64,000 nt of DNA from an uncultured virus (IMG/VR IMGVR_UViG_3300029448_000002) (IMGVR_UViG_3300029448_000002), one strand, 5' to 3'; shown: positions 7,344 to 17,599, numbered from the stretch's first letter. Program-made: numbers and translations. Notes: generated by a model from the letters alone, not told the origin.

Positions 7344-7748
7344 ATTACGAGTTTAGGTATTGAAAATTTCTGGGAACACATCAACGAAATCGAACGCAAG
7401 ATTGATCACAGCACAAGTTTCCCACCTTACAATATCGTCCGACACGACGAAGAAAACGCAACCGTTGAGTTTGCAGTAGCGGGGTATAAGAAAAATGATA
7501 TCGAAATTGTTGTTCATCCCCATCCTCAAAATTTTAAAGTTTTGGAAGTTAGTTCTGATCGTGAATCTTCCGACAAGGAACCGACATACGAGCATCGAGG
7601 AATCGCTCGCCGCAAGTTCCGCTCTCGACTCCCTCTCACCGAAGATTGGAACGTCACAGGAGCATACTGCGAAGACGGAATCCTTTATGTAAATTTGCAT
7701 AAAATTATTCCAGAAGATAAGAAACCACAAGTGATTTCTATCGCTTGA
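7341..7748 (+). CDS. hsp20: small heat-shock protein Hsp20 (IbpA-like)
   Basis: FPPYNI, EFAVAG, YEHRGIARRKF, DGIL, IPEDKKPQVISI. Confidence 0.95.
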   Translation: MITSLGIENFWEHINEIERKIDHSTSFPPYNIVRHDEENATVEFAVAGYKKNDIEIVVHPHPQNFKVLEVSSDRESSDKEPTYEHRGIARRKFRSRLPLTEDWNVTGAYCEDGILYVNLHKIIPEDKKPQVISIA

Positions 7749-7776
7749 TTTAAATAATCCTTCTTGTTTAATGGAC

Positions 7777-7813
7777 GGCAACGGGAGTCTTTTTGGCTCC
7801 CGTTGTCTTTTTT
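7777..7813 (+). terminator. rho-independent terminator
   Basis: GGCAACGGGAGTC/GGCTCCCGTTGTC stem followed by a T-run. Confidence 0.85.
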
Positions 7814-7846
7814 CACATACTAAATAAAGTAATGGAGGTCTTTGTT

Positions 7847-8911
7847 ATGAGACATATTTACACACTTGTCGTTTGCGTACTCTCTTCTTTTAGTTTTGCC
7901 GGTGATGGTGCTGGCAAACCATCCGATCCGAATGCTGTTGCAATGTGGATCGACGATCTTGGTAGACTCACTCCGTTTGGTCGGACGTTTGATGTTTACA
8001 TTCAGACTGGTTTTGATCCAGAGTTTTCTTATCCGAATGGTGATCCTCGTCGCCCTTATATGATTGGTTCTACTCGTGGTAGTGAGTCGCCATCCCGTTC
8101 GTTTGGTTGGGCGATTGAAGGTGAAATGTTCAAGAATCGCAGACCCGATCATCTTTATCCTTGGTTGGAAAACTGCCAAGAGTGTATTGACTACTGGGCG
8201 ATAGACACTGGGATTGTCTGTCCAGATCCCGGTGAGTATTGGGACTGCATCCAGTCTAATCCGTATCAACGCTGGATGTATCTGGGTGCAAACTTTACTC
8301 CGGTCAACTGGTACTTCGACGGACCACAGGGGTGCTGCCCAAGAAATGGTGATCTGGTTGACCTTGAGTACGCTTGGTGTGACTCTTGGATTCTTCACGG
8401 TCCACTTGGCAAGAAGTACGGCAGTGAGTTCCCACAATACAAGTACCCATTGGTGCAGCAGCAACACAAGGATCTGATGGACACTCCAGTCTTGAAGTTC
8501 TGGCAACCTCTTCCGACTGGTCAAGTGCCGAGTCAAGTGTGCTGCTCATCTCCATCACAGAATGACTACGGCGATCTGATTCGATGGAACGCTGATGTTG
8601 ACTGGGAAAGCGAGAAGCATCCCGGTTCTTTCCACATCGCTAGGTTCACTGGTCCTGACTACTTCTCTTCCGGTGGTGTGGTTCGCTTTGCTTGTGGTAA
8701 TGATCATCCTTGTGATCCAGCACCATACTCCGTGAATTACTACGCCGACAACTCTTGTCCTTCTGATCTGAACGAGGACGGCACTGTTGGTTTTGAAGAT
8801 TTGTTGCAAGTTCTCAGCGATGTTGCTGGGTACAAATATCATCCACAAACAAACAATGCCTTCAATGCTTTGTTGAAAGTTTTATCTGAATGGGGAAATT
8901 GCGATGCTTGA
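7847..8911 (+). CDS. secreted Cys-rich protein with C-terminal dockerin-like (planctomycete-type) domain
   Basis: Signal peptide; CPSDLNEDGTVGFEDLLQVLS..LLKVLSEWGNC; GGAGG RBS; late promoter at 7819-7826. Confidence 0.75.
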   Translation: MRHIYTLVVCVLSSFSFAGDGAGKPSDPNAVAMWIDDLGRLTPFGRTFDVYIQTGFDPEFSYPNGDPRRPYMIGSTRGSESPSRSFGWAIEGEMFKNRRPDHLYPWLENCQECIDYWAIDTGIVCPDPGEYWDCIQSNPYQRWMYLGANFTPVNWYFDGPQGCCPRNGDLVDLEYAWCDSWILHGPLGKKYGSEFPQYKYPLVQQQHKDLMDTPVLKFWQPLPTGQVPSQVCCSSPSQNDYGDLIRWNADVDWESEKHPGSFHIARFTGPDYFSSGGVVRFACGNDHPCDPAPYSVNYYADNSCPSDLNEDGTVGFEDLLQVLSDVAGYKYHPQTNNAFNALLKVLSEWGNCDA

Positions 8912-9752
8912 ATTACTTTTATCTGCTGTTTTACTGGGTGACGAACCTTTACCGTGCGAAGAAGCACCAGTGTATGATTGTTACGGCTCTCTTCGCATTG
9001 AGAATGTCGGACGGTTGACTCCGTTCGGAAACACCTATCGTTTTTATATTGATCCTGCTGGTGGTGAGTGCGAACTTCCTGCTACCGCAACCTACTCTGG
9101 TGCTGGTGCAAGACTCAATACCCAGACTCCGTTTGTTCTTTACACGACTTCATCCGAAGGATACTGGAACAACCATCCGAGCGATGTTCCGTGGGGAGAT
9201 ACTTGGTCCACCGCAGAGCAAACACCATCGGGTCCGCTTCGCTATTTCTTGGGACGAGATCCACGACAAGAGTTTGATTCCCATTTTCCAATGGGTGAAC
9301 TTCCCGATTGTGTCGGTGTTCCCGGTCTTGGTGACAACTACCCCTGTGCTGGTGTCGCAACCCCATACCGTGTGAACCAAACCAACACTTTGATTCTGGG
9401 TGAAGAGAAAGATATCTTTACAATGTCAAGACTTGTTGTAAATGTTCAGGCAAATTCTGAAAATGCTACAATTGGCATTCACCCATTTATGCAATTGACC
9501 ACGAAGGGTAATGTCAAATTCAAGGGTGGAGTGAACTTCAATCTGGACGATGGCTTCCCGCATTGGGGATACTTCGACAGTTGCGGATATGTCGGTGACT
9601 GGGATCAAAACACGATCTGGGAGGATGTGAGTTACAACGGGATTGTGGACTTTGAGGATCTTCTGATCGTGCTGAACGACGCTGATAAGTATGACAATGT
9701 GTTTGAAGCAATCTTGGCAATCCTCTCTAACTGGGGAAATACAAATTCATAA
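8904..9752 (+). CDS. secreted paralog with degenerate dockerin-like C-terminus
   Basis: Shares GRLTPFG motif; DVSYNGIVDFEDLLIVLN..ILSNWGN. Confidence 0.7.
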   Translation: MLELLLSAVLLGDEPLPCEEAPVYDCYGSLRIENVGRLTPFGNTYRFYIDPAGGECELPATATYSGAGARLNTQTPFVLYTTSSEGYWNNHPSDVPWGDTWSTAEQTPSGPLRYFLGRDPRQEFDSHFPMGELPDCVGVPGLGDNYPCAGVATPYRVNQTNTLILGEEKDIFTMSRLVVNVQANSENATIGIHPFMQLTTKGNVKFKGGVNFNLDDGFPHWGYFDSCGYVGDWDQNTIWEDVSYNGIVDFEDLLIVLNDADKYDNVFEAILAILSNWGNTNS

Positions 9753-9801
9753 ATAAAACTGTTCGCAAATAGCGGACAATTTTCACAAAGGGGGATTCGG
9801 T

Positions 9802-10440
9802 ATGCTCAGACCATTCACGTTACTTATTACTACGGCTGCACTTGGCGACATTGCAGGTGATCCAACTGCTCTGATGTCTTATGACATTTGGTCACAGGAT
9901 GAAGATGGATTCTTCTCTGCCGAAGTAACGTCGGCTGTCTATACCGAACCCGACCAGCAGGATGTCGTAGGTCTTCCCGATGGTGCGATGTTGGTAACAA
10001 TCAAAATTGAAAATGATTGGGAATCAACACTTGCAATTGAAGACCTCGACATCTATGTTGGAGAAAGCACCTCCGACATCTCTGCCCTTGTGATGCCGGG
10101 ATATTTCACAGAAACACCCCTTGAAGATCAACTTGAAACTTTTTACAATGCCCCGGACTATGTGGACTTTGGATACGAGACGGGTCTGTTCTCTTGGGAC
10201 TGGGGCTTTTCGGACGATGCGACCACGAATTCTTTAGCCCCCGGAGAAACAGCGACAGTTTTTATAATCGCTTGGGCAGATAGTTTCACAACATCTCCCG
10301 GTGTTCTTCAAGGTGACGGATCTGCTACCGTGTTTGAAACTTTCACACCCGATCTTGAAAGCATTCCCGTTCCTGCACCAGCGTCCGTTGCCTTGGGTGG
10401 TCTTGGTGTTCTGTTTGGTGGTAGGAGAAGACGATCCTAA
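9802..10440 (+). CDS. PEP-CTERM-like (VPAP) sorting-domain protein
   Basis: Signal peptide; acidic body; C-terminus VPAPASVALGGLGVLFGGRRRRS; late promoter at 9748-9755. Confidence 0.8.
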   Translation: MLRPFTLLITTAALGDIAGDPTALMSYDIWSQDEDGFFSAEVTSAVYTEPDQQDVVGLPDGAMLVTIKIENDWESTLAIEDLDIYVGESTSDISALVMPGYFTETPLEDQLETFYNAPDYVDFGYETGLFSWDWGFSDDATTNSLAPGETATVFIIAWADSFTTSPGVLQGDGSATVFETFTPDLESIPVPAPASVALGGLGVLFGGRRRRS

Positions 10441-10448
10441 ATAACTGT

Positions 10449-11138
10449 ATGAAGGATTTTCGTACATTTATAACAGAAGAAGTTAATAAAGTAGAACAAT
10501 ATCTTCAAGAATTTGAAGATGCTGTTTCCTCTACACACCGCCGTGCAGATATTAACGGTCACACTTTTTTTGTTCCTTTAAATTTTAAAGATGAACTTCC
10601 AAACAAAATGATCGCTTCCGCGTTTCAGGGTGATGAGCCTGCTGGCTGGGTTGGGCTACTCGAATTTGTTAAAAATAATAAACCGCAAAATGCAAATGTC
10701 ACATATTTGCCTGTTTTTTCAAAAGAAACTTTTCAGAGCGGAAAGCACGAAGATCCTCGTGGTGAAAACCCAAACCACAATATTCCAAATAAACCATCCA
10801 AGGAAACATCACGACTTTTGGCAGCAGAAGACAAGTGGCTCCCGCTCGCCTCTGGAGGCTTCCTAGACCTACAAGAAGATCCATACAGGGGAGAGGGCTA
10901 TGCTTTTGTCTGGAGCGACAGAGGGGACTTAGGCTCCCGTATCGTGGACCTGATTTCAGAGTATTTTGATCTTTTTGGTGACGGTAGAATCGATTCTGAC
11001 GATCAAGGAATGTTCGGAGACTATCTTGCCACCAAAGGCATCACGCCGTCTGTGACGAGCGAGACACCCATTGTAGGGGAGGATATGGACAAGCGTGTGA
11101 AAGTGAATGTTGAAATTATAAAGGAATTCCTCAAATGA
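10449..11138 (+). CDS. putative internal head protein
   Basis: N-terminus MKDFRTFITEE resembles the T4 capsid-targeting sequence; late promoter at 10436-10443. Confidence 0.6.
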   Translation: MKDFRTFITEEVNKVEQYLQEFEDAVSSTHRRADINGHTFFVPLNFKDELPNKMIASAFQGDEPAGWVGLLEFVKNNKPQNANVTYLPVFSKETFQSGKHEDPRGENPNHNIPNKPSKETSRLLAAEDKWLPLASGGFLDLQEDPYRGEGYAFVWSDRGDLGSRIVDLISEYFDLFGDGRIDSDDQGMFGDYLATKGITPSVTSETPIVGEDMDKRVKVNVEIIKEFLK

Positions 11139-11824
11139 TTCGTTTCGGTGATTTTCTCAAACAACCAGTCCTTCACGAAGCCGCTTCACAAAAACATAAA
11201 ATTATGATGCGGCGACCGACACCGATGTTTCCTGATGCAAAAAATATTAAATTAGAACCACCACCCAAATTGTCATCTCCGTCAACCAAGATCGAACTCG
11301 ATGAGGTTCGGGACGCGATGATTATGTCGGATGAAAAATTAAAATATCTTCTTGACTTGGATAAAAATTATATGAAAATGATGTCTGAAATTGTTGGTGG
11401 AGAAATGGATCTGATCGAAGAGATCAAAAGACAAATCGACACGATAACATTGAATATAAAATATTCATTCAACAGACTCCGACCAAGAGAAACTGCAAAG
11501 TATTATGGTGAAACTTTGAAACCACTTGTTAAAGTTGCCACACCGAGTTATCCTAGCAATCATACTGCCGTTGGTGAAACCATTTCTGGAATTCTTTCTA
11601 GAAAATATCCGCAGTTTAAAAAGGATCTTGAAAAAGTAGCAAATGACAATTCAATTTCAAGAGTTGAGTTGGGTGTTCACTTTATGGGTGATGTTGAGGC
11701 AGGGAAAGAACTCGCAGAACAATTGTTAAATAAATACCAACCAGAGGAAGAACTCGTCAAACCAAAGAAACAGTATCGCTATGGTGATCTTCCCGCACCT
11801 GTATATGGATTGGAGGCATACTAA
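11135..11824 (+). CDS. PAP2-superfamily phosphatase/haloperoxidase-like protein
   Basis: KYSFNRLRP, PSYPSNH, SRVELGVHFMGD motifs. Confidence 0.85.
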   Translation: MIRFGDFLKQPVLHEAASQKHKIMMRRPTPMFPDAKNIKLEPPPKLSSPSTKIELDEVRDAMIMSDEKLKYLLDLDKNYMKMMSEIVGGEMDLIEEIKRQIDTITLNIKYSFNRLRPRETAKYYGETLKPLVKVATPSYPSNHTAVGETISGILSRKYPQFKKDLEKVANDNSISRVELGVHFMGDVEAGKELAEQLLNKYQPEEELVKPKKQYRYGDLPAPVYGLEAY

Positions 11825-12045
11825 TGTTTTGGTTGAACGAAGAGGAAGAACGACAAATGCAAGAGGCTATAGGTCAATTCAAAGATGTTGTTCGTGACGC
11901 AGAAAAAATGGCGAACGAACTTAAAAAAACAGTCTTCATTATGCAACACATTAGAAACGGTGACTACAAGTATGCAGAAAATCGAAATGAGATTCGCAAA
12001 CTTGAAAGACAAAAGTACGAAATTGTAGACGAGGTAAAGCCGTGA
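11824..12045 (+). CDS. hypothetical coiled-coil protein
   Basis: ORF with GGAGG RBS. Confidence 0.55.
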   Translation: MFWLNEEEERQMQEAIGQFKDVVRDAEKMANELKKTVFIMQHIRNGDYKYAENRNEIRKLERQKYEIVDEVKP

Positions 12046-13163
12046 ACATCAATTCAAGAAAATCAATTAACGAAGAACGTGCCAAGTATAACAAGGGCGA
12101 TGTTTTTGAATTTGTAATCTCCGCTGCAATGGTGGCTAGATTTACAGATCGCTATGACGATGGGTCTGGAATGCCACTCACTCCACAATCTGTTGAGGAT
12201 GTGATGGCACAATACTTTGCAGGAAACCGACAATGGGAGGTTGACGAGGGTGATAATCAAATAGATGTTGTTCTTTTTGATACGGCTGCCCTTCCCGGTG
12301 CTGCTCTGGTGCAGTTGAACACTCCCGGCTATCGTGGTTCCAAAGAGGTTCAGGATATGGTGAAGTCTTCAATCTCCGCAGTCAAGCGTGGAACGATTGG
12401 TGATTTGGCTGACGATGTGATTTCAAATAATCGTGCCGATAATGTTGTGATTCGTCCCGTTGGAACACTGGCACAATCAGCAACCAAGTCTGATGTTGAT
12501 GTTTATGTCAACGGAACAGAGGTTCGTCGAGCAGGGATTTCTTTGAAATATGAAACAAAGAAAGAAACACAAATTGCACAATTTTCTGGACGAGACTCTG
12601 TGCAGTCTTTAAGAAGTGCATTTGCAACTTTTGGTATTGAAGTAAAGCCTGCTCTCAAGGCTGTTGAAAAGGCAGTGAGTCAACTCGGTGGAGTCTACAC
12701 AGGTCGTGATGATCCCTTGATTCAGAAAGATAAAGCAATTATGTTCCCTGCCGTTCGTAGTGTTTTTGATTTTGTTTCAAAGAAGTTCTCTGGTAACTGG
12801 CTTGCAAACGTAAGAAACGCTGCGACTTTGGCTGATGGATTTATCAAAGCCGGTCGGGGTCAAGAAGAAGATGTTGAGATTATCAAAGGCTCAGGCTCAA
12901 AATCAATCACATTCAACCGAGCAACCTTCGAGGCATTGAAAAGAGGACTTGCCACTTCTGCAAAAAACAAAGCAATCATCTGGCGTATTGGTCAGGAGGG
13001 TGGCAATCCAAAGATCATTCTCGTTGCAGATGGTCTGGAAGTCTTTAGTATTCGTTTTCGTTATGATGCCGACTCAAACAAAGACAAGACACAGTATCGT
13101 GTAAGATTTAGAACCTACGTTCAAACGGGTAAAGAATTACCTGCATTTATTGAGAAGTATTGA
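12042..13163 (+). CDS. hypothetical protein, possible PD-(D/E)xK-like nuclease fold
   Basis: KSDVDV...GISLK pattern. Confidence 0.5.
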   Translation: MNINSRKSINEERAKYNKGDVFEFVISAAMVARFTDRYDDGSGMPLTPQSVEDVMAQYFAGNRQWEVDEGDNQIDVVLFDTAALPGAALVQLNTPGYRGSKEVQDMVKSSISAVKRGTIGDLADDVISNNRADNVVIRPVGTLAQSATKSDVDVYVNGTEVRRAGISLKYETKKETQIAQFSGRDSVQSLRSAFATFGIEVKPALKAVEKAVSQLGGVYTGRDDPLIQKDKAIMFPAVRSVFDFVSKKFSGNWLANVRNAATLADGFIKAGRGQEEDVEIIKGSGSKSITFNRATFEALKRGLATSAKNKAIIWRIGQEGGNPKIILVADGLEVFSIRFRYDADSNKDKTQYRVRFRTYVQTGKELPAFIEKY

Positions 13164-14359
13164 TGATTGAGTTTTCTCGTTTTCTAACTGAACAAAAGAA
13201 CTTGCACCTTGAGCATCTTGAAGACGAGTTGTTCAATCGGGGTGCAGTCGGCGTGAGTGAAGCGATTGCTTTTCTTAAGTCTTTGACTGATATGTTGAAG
13301 GGCGATGTGAAGAGTCCGATTGATGTGACTGTGAAGTGGGACGGTGCGCCTGCCGTCTTCGCTGGCATCAATCCAGAAAACGGTAAGTTCTTTGTTGCGA
13401 CAAAATCACTCTTTAACAAAACACCAAAAATCAACTACACCAACGCAGATATCGATGCTAACCACGGTGGTGGTCTGGCTGATAAATTAAAAGTTGCCCT
13501 TGCCAATATGAAAGGTTTGGGAATCACTGGTGTTCTTCAAGGAGATATGCTCTACACAAAGGGTGATCTCTCTAGCCAAACGATTGGGGGAGAGTCGATG
13601 CTTTCATTTACGCCCAATACAATCACCTACGCGGTTCCAGCAAACAGTGATTTGGCAAAGAAAATCAAATCATCAAATATGGGTATTGTGTTTCATACGA
13701 CATACTCAGGAAACACCATTGCCAATCTAGCCGCATCGTTTGGAGCAGATGTTTCTAATTTGAAAAAGACAAACAAAGTTTGGTATCAGGATGCCGCATA
13801 CCGTGATGTTTCTGGTAAGGCAACGATGACGGCAAAACAAGAAGAACAGATTCGACGTTTCATCAAAGGCACAGAAAGAATTACAAAATCAGAACGCAAG
13901 ATTATTAAAGAAATTGTTAGTGGTCCGATGAAGGATATTATTAAAATTTACTTGAATCAAAATGTTCGTGGTGGTGTCGAGCAGGGAACATCAAAAGGTT
14001 TTGCTGCGATGATGAAGTCACGATTTGAAACAAAGATCGCAGGACTGAAAACTGACCGGGCGAGAGAACGAGTCGAACAAGAAATGAATGAAATGCTTTC
14101 GTATTTGAAAAAAATCTCACGAAACTTGGATCAAATTTTTATTGCACACTTCTATCTTGCACAGGCAAAGATGCTTGTTCTAAAGAAGTTGCAAGCACTA
14201 AATACTATGCCGTCGTTCATTAAAACGGATAGCGGCTATCGAGTCACCGACCCAGAGGGGTTTGTGGCAATTTCTAAAAGCGGGAATGCTGTGAAACTTG
14301 TAGATCGTATGGAGTTTTCCCGAGCAAACTTTACAGTAGCAAAGGATTGGACAAAATGA
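13160..14359 (+). CDS. conserved T4-like protein (DUF6267-like)
   Basis: KNLHLEHLED, TVKWDGAPA, PEGFVA, KLVDRMEFSRANF. Confidence 0.8.
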   Translation: MMIEFSRFLTEQKNLHLEHLEDELFNRGAVGVSEAIAFLKSLTDMLKGDVKSPIDVTVKWDGAPAVFAGINPENGKFFVATKSLFNKTPKINYTNADIDANHGGGLADKLKVALANMKGLGITGVLQGDMLYTKGDLSSQTIGGESMLSFTPNTITYAVPANSDLAKKIKSSNMGIVFHTTYSGNTIANLAASFGADVSNLKKTNKVWYQDAAYRDVSGKATMTAKQEEQIRRFIKGTERITKSERKIIKEIVSGPMKDIIKIYLNQNVRGGVEQGTSKGFAAMMKSRFETKIAGLKTDRARERVEQEMNEMLSYLKKISRNLDQIFIAHFYLAQAKMLVLKKLQALNTMPSFIKTDSGYRVTDPEGFVAISKSGNAVKLVDRMEFSRANFTVAKDWTK

Positions 14360-14538
14360 AACTCCCAAAAGAATATAAAAAATATGCAGTTCCCGGTGGA
14401 TATGAAAAATGCAGTTCTGCATACGGAAGAAAAATGCTTAAAAGATTTGGCTTTGGTCCCACAGTAAAAACAATTGAATCTGTTGTCGAACCAACCACAA
14501 AGAAAAAAGCAACTCGCAAGAAAAAGTCTACTAAATAA
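14356..14538 (+). CDS. small basic hypothetical protein
   Basis: ORF, ATGA coupling. Confidence 0.5.
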   Translation: MKLPKEYKKYAVPGGYEKCSSAYGRKMLKRFGFGPTVKTIESVVEPTTKKKATRKKKSTK

Positions 14539-14574
14539 GATTGAGGACTCACCTCAGCACCAAAGGAGATTGAT

Positions 14575-14697
14575 ATGGATTTTGTAACTACGTCTTACGG
14601 ATTTATCGCACACACACTTATTACTTTTACACTTGGTGCTTTGATTGGCAAACCGCTCTGGGAATGGGCTAGATCGTTTCTTCCTTGGAACAAATGA
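14575..14697 (+). CDS. 40-aa membrane microprotein
   Basis: MDFVTTSYGFIAHTLITFTLGALIGKPLWEWARSFLPWNK; AAGGAG RBS; late promoter at 14530-14537. Confidence 0.65.
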   Translation: MDFVTTSYGFIAHTLITFTLGALIGKPLWEWARSFLPWNK

Positions 14698-14768
14698 TCT
14701 TACAGTTCGTGACCAGATGTGGGTGGCTGCAATCAAAACAAACCCGGAAATAGGAGGTGATCAAGCAT

Positions 14769-17300
14769 ATGCAACCACAAAACGTTGGAGTGAATCACTA
14801 TGCTGTTGTGGAGGAGCGAAGAGGTAAGAAGGCGGTCTTAACCTTTGGACGCTTCAATCCACCCACATCTGGTCACGAACTGTTAATCAATAAGGTTCTT
14901 GCCGAGGCAAAAAAACGAAGGGCTGACAATTTTATCTTTGCCAGCCATTCTCAAGATAAGAAAAAGAATCCGCTCAATTCAAGAACGAAAACTAAACATA
15001 TGAAGTCCCTTTTTAAAGGGGCTAATGTTATTTATAATACTTCAATTCGCACCGTCTTTGATGCCATTGGATATCTTGCCGATCAAGGATATAAAGATGT
15101 TACTGTTGTCGTTGGAGGTGACAGAACGGCAGAATTTGAAAGAACGATTCGTCCATATGTCAATCACCCAGACCCAGACAAATCATTTGATCTTGATTCC
15201 TTTGAGGTCGTAAGTGCAGGACAACGCGATCCGGATGCGACTGATGTGAGCGGAATGTCTGCATCCAAAATGAGAGGGTTTGCCGCCGAAGGTGATTTCC
15301 GATCATTTCGACAGGGTGTTCCCTCTGCTGCTTCTGATCGTCAGGCACGAAAACTTTTTGACGATGTTCGGAAGGGTATGGCTGTCTCTGGAGGAGACAT
15401 CATCGAAGAGGTCGAAACCCCACCAGAAAAAATTAAAGTTTTAGTTTTCTCTGGGTACAGTGAAGAAAATAACGGCAACTTGATGAAGACTGCCGGGCGT
15501 ATCAAAGAAGAATGTGCCGAGAAAGGCATCGATTGTTTTGTTGCCTTTGTCCCATACGCACGATCCATCAAAAATGAAGACGGTACTCGAACGGTCGTGA
15601 ACAAAGACGGTGAAGAATTTGTTGCAAACCGTCACGATACTGTTGTCGTGGTTCGTGGAGCAGCAGCCGGTAACAGCGGAACGCTTGACCTAATCTCTTC
15701 TTTCGAGAAAGATGGTTTCTTTGTGATTAACTCCAGAGAGTCCATCGACATCTGCTCGGACAAGTATCGTACGGCATTGACTCTGGTTGAGGCAGATTTG
15801 CCCACACCAAGAACCGCATTGATTACAGACCCACAAAAAATCGATGAGATTCACGAACAGGTCGGTGGAGAGTTCCCAGTCGTTGCCAAAACAATCCGTG
15901 GTTCCAAAGGCAAAGGGGTGTTTATTCTTGAAAGTGAACAATCACTCAAGTCCACTATCGACGCAGTGATGAAAATCGATGATGAGCAAGAATTAATTCT
16001 TCAAGAATATCTTAAAATTGACAATGATATGAGAGTCATCGTATTGGATGGCGAAGTCATCGCAGTGATGGAAAGAGGAAAGGTTAAAAACGACTTCCGT
16101 ACAAACTTCTCTCTTGGTGCTGATATTAAAGAAGTACAGATTAGCGAAGAAATTGCAAAAATTGCAAAGCGATCTGCTAAGGCTGTTGGTGCTTACTTCT
16201 GTGGAGTGGACATTGCCATCTCAGGAAAAACAAGAAAACCTTTTGTAATTGAGGTCAATTCATCACCCGGATCCGAAGGTATCGAAAAGGCAACAGGTCA
16301 AAACGTGACCTCTGGGTTCCTTGATTATATTCTTGACAAGGACAACTGGAAATATCCACCCACAGTTGTCGGTCGTAGAGAAATGATTTCAATTCCAGAA
16401 ATCGGTGATCTTGAAGCAAAGTTTGACACGGGCAATATGGTTGTGAACTCAATTCACGCGGATTCTTACGAGGTGCGTGATGGTATTGTTTATTGGGAAA
16501 TGAACGGCGAAGAGTACGAAAATAAACTTCTTGATGTCTTGACGGTTCTGCAAGGTGCGGTTGCTGCAAACAAAGAGCAGCGTCCGATGATCGAACTTGA
16601 CATTGAGTTTATGGGTAAGAAATATCCAAAGCGTAAGTTTACTTTGGATGATCGCAGTAACAAAGGAACACCCGTTTTGATTGGTGTACCCTTTATGAAA
16701 GAATTCCATATCATTGTCGATCCCGGTAAGAAGTTTATCAAAACAGAAAGAATGGAAGAAGAATTCTTACCAAAGGCTATTCTTTATCTTGCCTCGACTC
16801 TCGCTGCGATGCCAACATTCCAGAAAATCGTATCGAAATTTGGAGGCAACATTGATGATATCTTCAAGGCGATTCGTCGAACACCCCCTATGTCAACTGC
16901 AATTAGAAAAGTAATCAAACTACCAACTATCGACAATGATGATATTATGGCAGCCATTGATAGTGCTGTAAATATGGTTGAAACAGGTGCATCGTTCCTC
17001 ACGATGGGTGAGGCTACTCTCACGAAAAAAGAAATGAAACTTAGAGATAAGTATGCAAAAAGTTTGAAAAAGAGAGCAAAAGGTTTCAAGAGCCGTTACG
17101 GTGATGACTACAAAAATGTCATCTTTGGAACTGCTACCAATATGGCAAAACGCAGCACTGAAGAAGAGGCTGCTGATCAGGAATATCATAAAGGAACTTT
17201 GGAGGGAACTCCAGAGAGAACTAAAAAGTATAAGCAAGCCACACCCGGACAGGTAAATGAGATTGCAGATACATACTTTAACAAAGGAGGCTCAATATGA
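14769..17300 (+). CDS. rimK: fusion: HxGH nucleotidyl(cytidylyl)transferase + RimK ATP-grasp ligase + RimB-like aspartic peptidase + C-terminal modules
   Basis: TFGRFNPPTSGH and GMSASKMR; FPVVAKTIRGSKGKGV, DFRTNFSLG, GVDI, IEVNSSPG; VGRREMI..AKFDTGN..F.LDDRS..VLIG. Confidence 0.85.
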   Translation: MQPQNVGVNHYAVVEERRGKKAVLTFGRFNPPTSGHELLINKVLAEAKKRRADNFIFASHSQDKKKNPLNSRTKTKHMKSLFKGANVIYNTSIRTVFDAIGYLADQGYKDVTVVVGGDRTAEFERTIRPYVNHPDPDKSFDLDSFEVVSAGQRDPDATDVSGMSASKMRGFAAEGDFRSFRQGVPSAASDRQARKLFDDVRKGMAVSGGDIIEEVETPPEKIKVLVFSGYSEENNGNLMKTAGRIKEECAEKGIDCFVAFVPYARSIKNEDGTRTVVNKDGEEFVANRHDTVVVVRGAAAGNSGTLDLISSFEKDGFFVINSRESIDICSDKYRTALTLVEADLPTPRTALITDPQKIDEIHEQVGGEFPVVAKTIRGSKGKGVFILESEQSLKSTIDAVMKIDDEQELILQEYLKIDNDMRVIVLDGEVIAVMERGKVKNDFRTNFSLGADIKEVQISEEIAKIAKRSAKAVGAYFCGVDIAISGKTRKPFVIEVNSSPGSEGIEKATGQNVTSGFLDYILDKDNWKYPPTVVGRREMISIPEIGDLEAKFDTGNMVVNSIHADSYEVRDGIVYWEMNGEEYENKLLDVLTVLQGAVAANKEQRPMIELDIEFMGKKYPKRKFTLDDRSNKGTPVLIGVPFMKEFHIIVDPGKKFIKTERMEEEFLPKAILYLASTLAAMPTFQKIVSKFGGNIDDIFKAIRRTPPMSTAIRKVIKLPTIDNDDIMAAIDSAVNMVETGASFLTMGEATLTKKEMKLRDKYAKSLKKRAKGFKSRYGDDYKNVIFGTATNMAKRSTEEEAADQEYHKGTLEGTPERTKKYKQATPGQVNEIADTYFNKGGSI

Positions 17301-17599
17301 GCAATTATGGTTTTGGTTCAGGACCGTTTAGCGAAGATAACGGTGATCTTAACTCTGCGATTGACGCAGCAAGAAAGGTGATGGGTGGTTACAAGCCCGA
17401 TCTTCCTTCGACGGTCACACAACAACACGTTGATGATGCTGCATTAGATGTTGTTAATAACGCAAAAACACTTCAAGAAAAAAATGCAATTATTCAAAAG
17501 CACTTTTCTAATATTCCAGTTGAAATCAACGAAGAAGTTACAACTTCTCAAGTTGCTGCATTTGAAAGAATTGTTATGGCAAGGATTGGACGAAGATGA
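17297..17599 (+). CDS. hypothetical protein
   Basis: ORF, AAGGAGG RBS. Confidence 0.6.
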   Translation: MSNYGFGSGPFSEDNGDLNSAIDAARKVMGGYKPDLPSTVTQQHVDDAALDVVNNAKTLQEKNAIIQKHFSNIPVEINEEVTTSQVAAFERIVMARIGRR

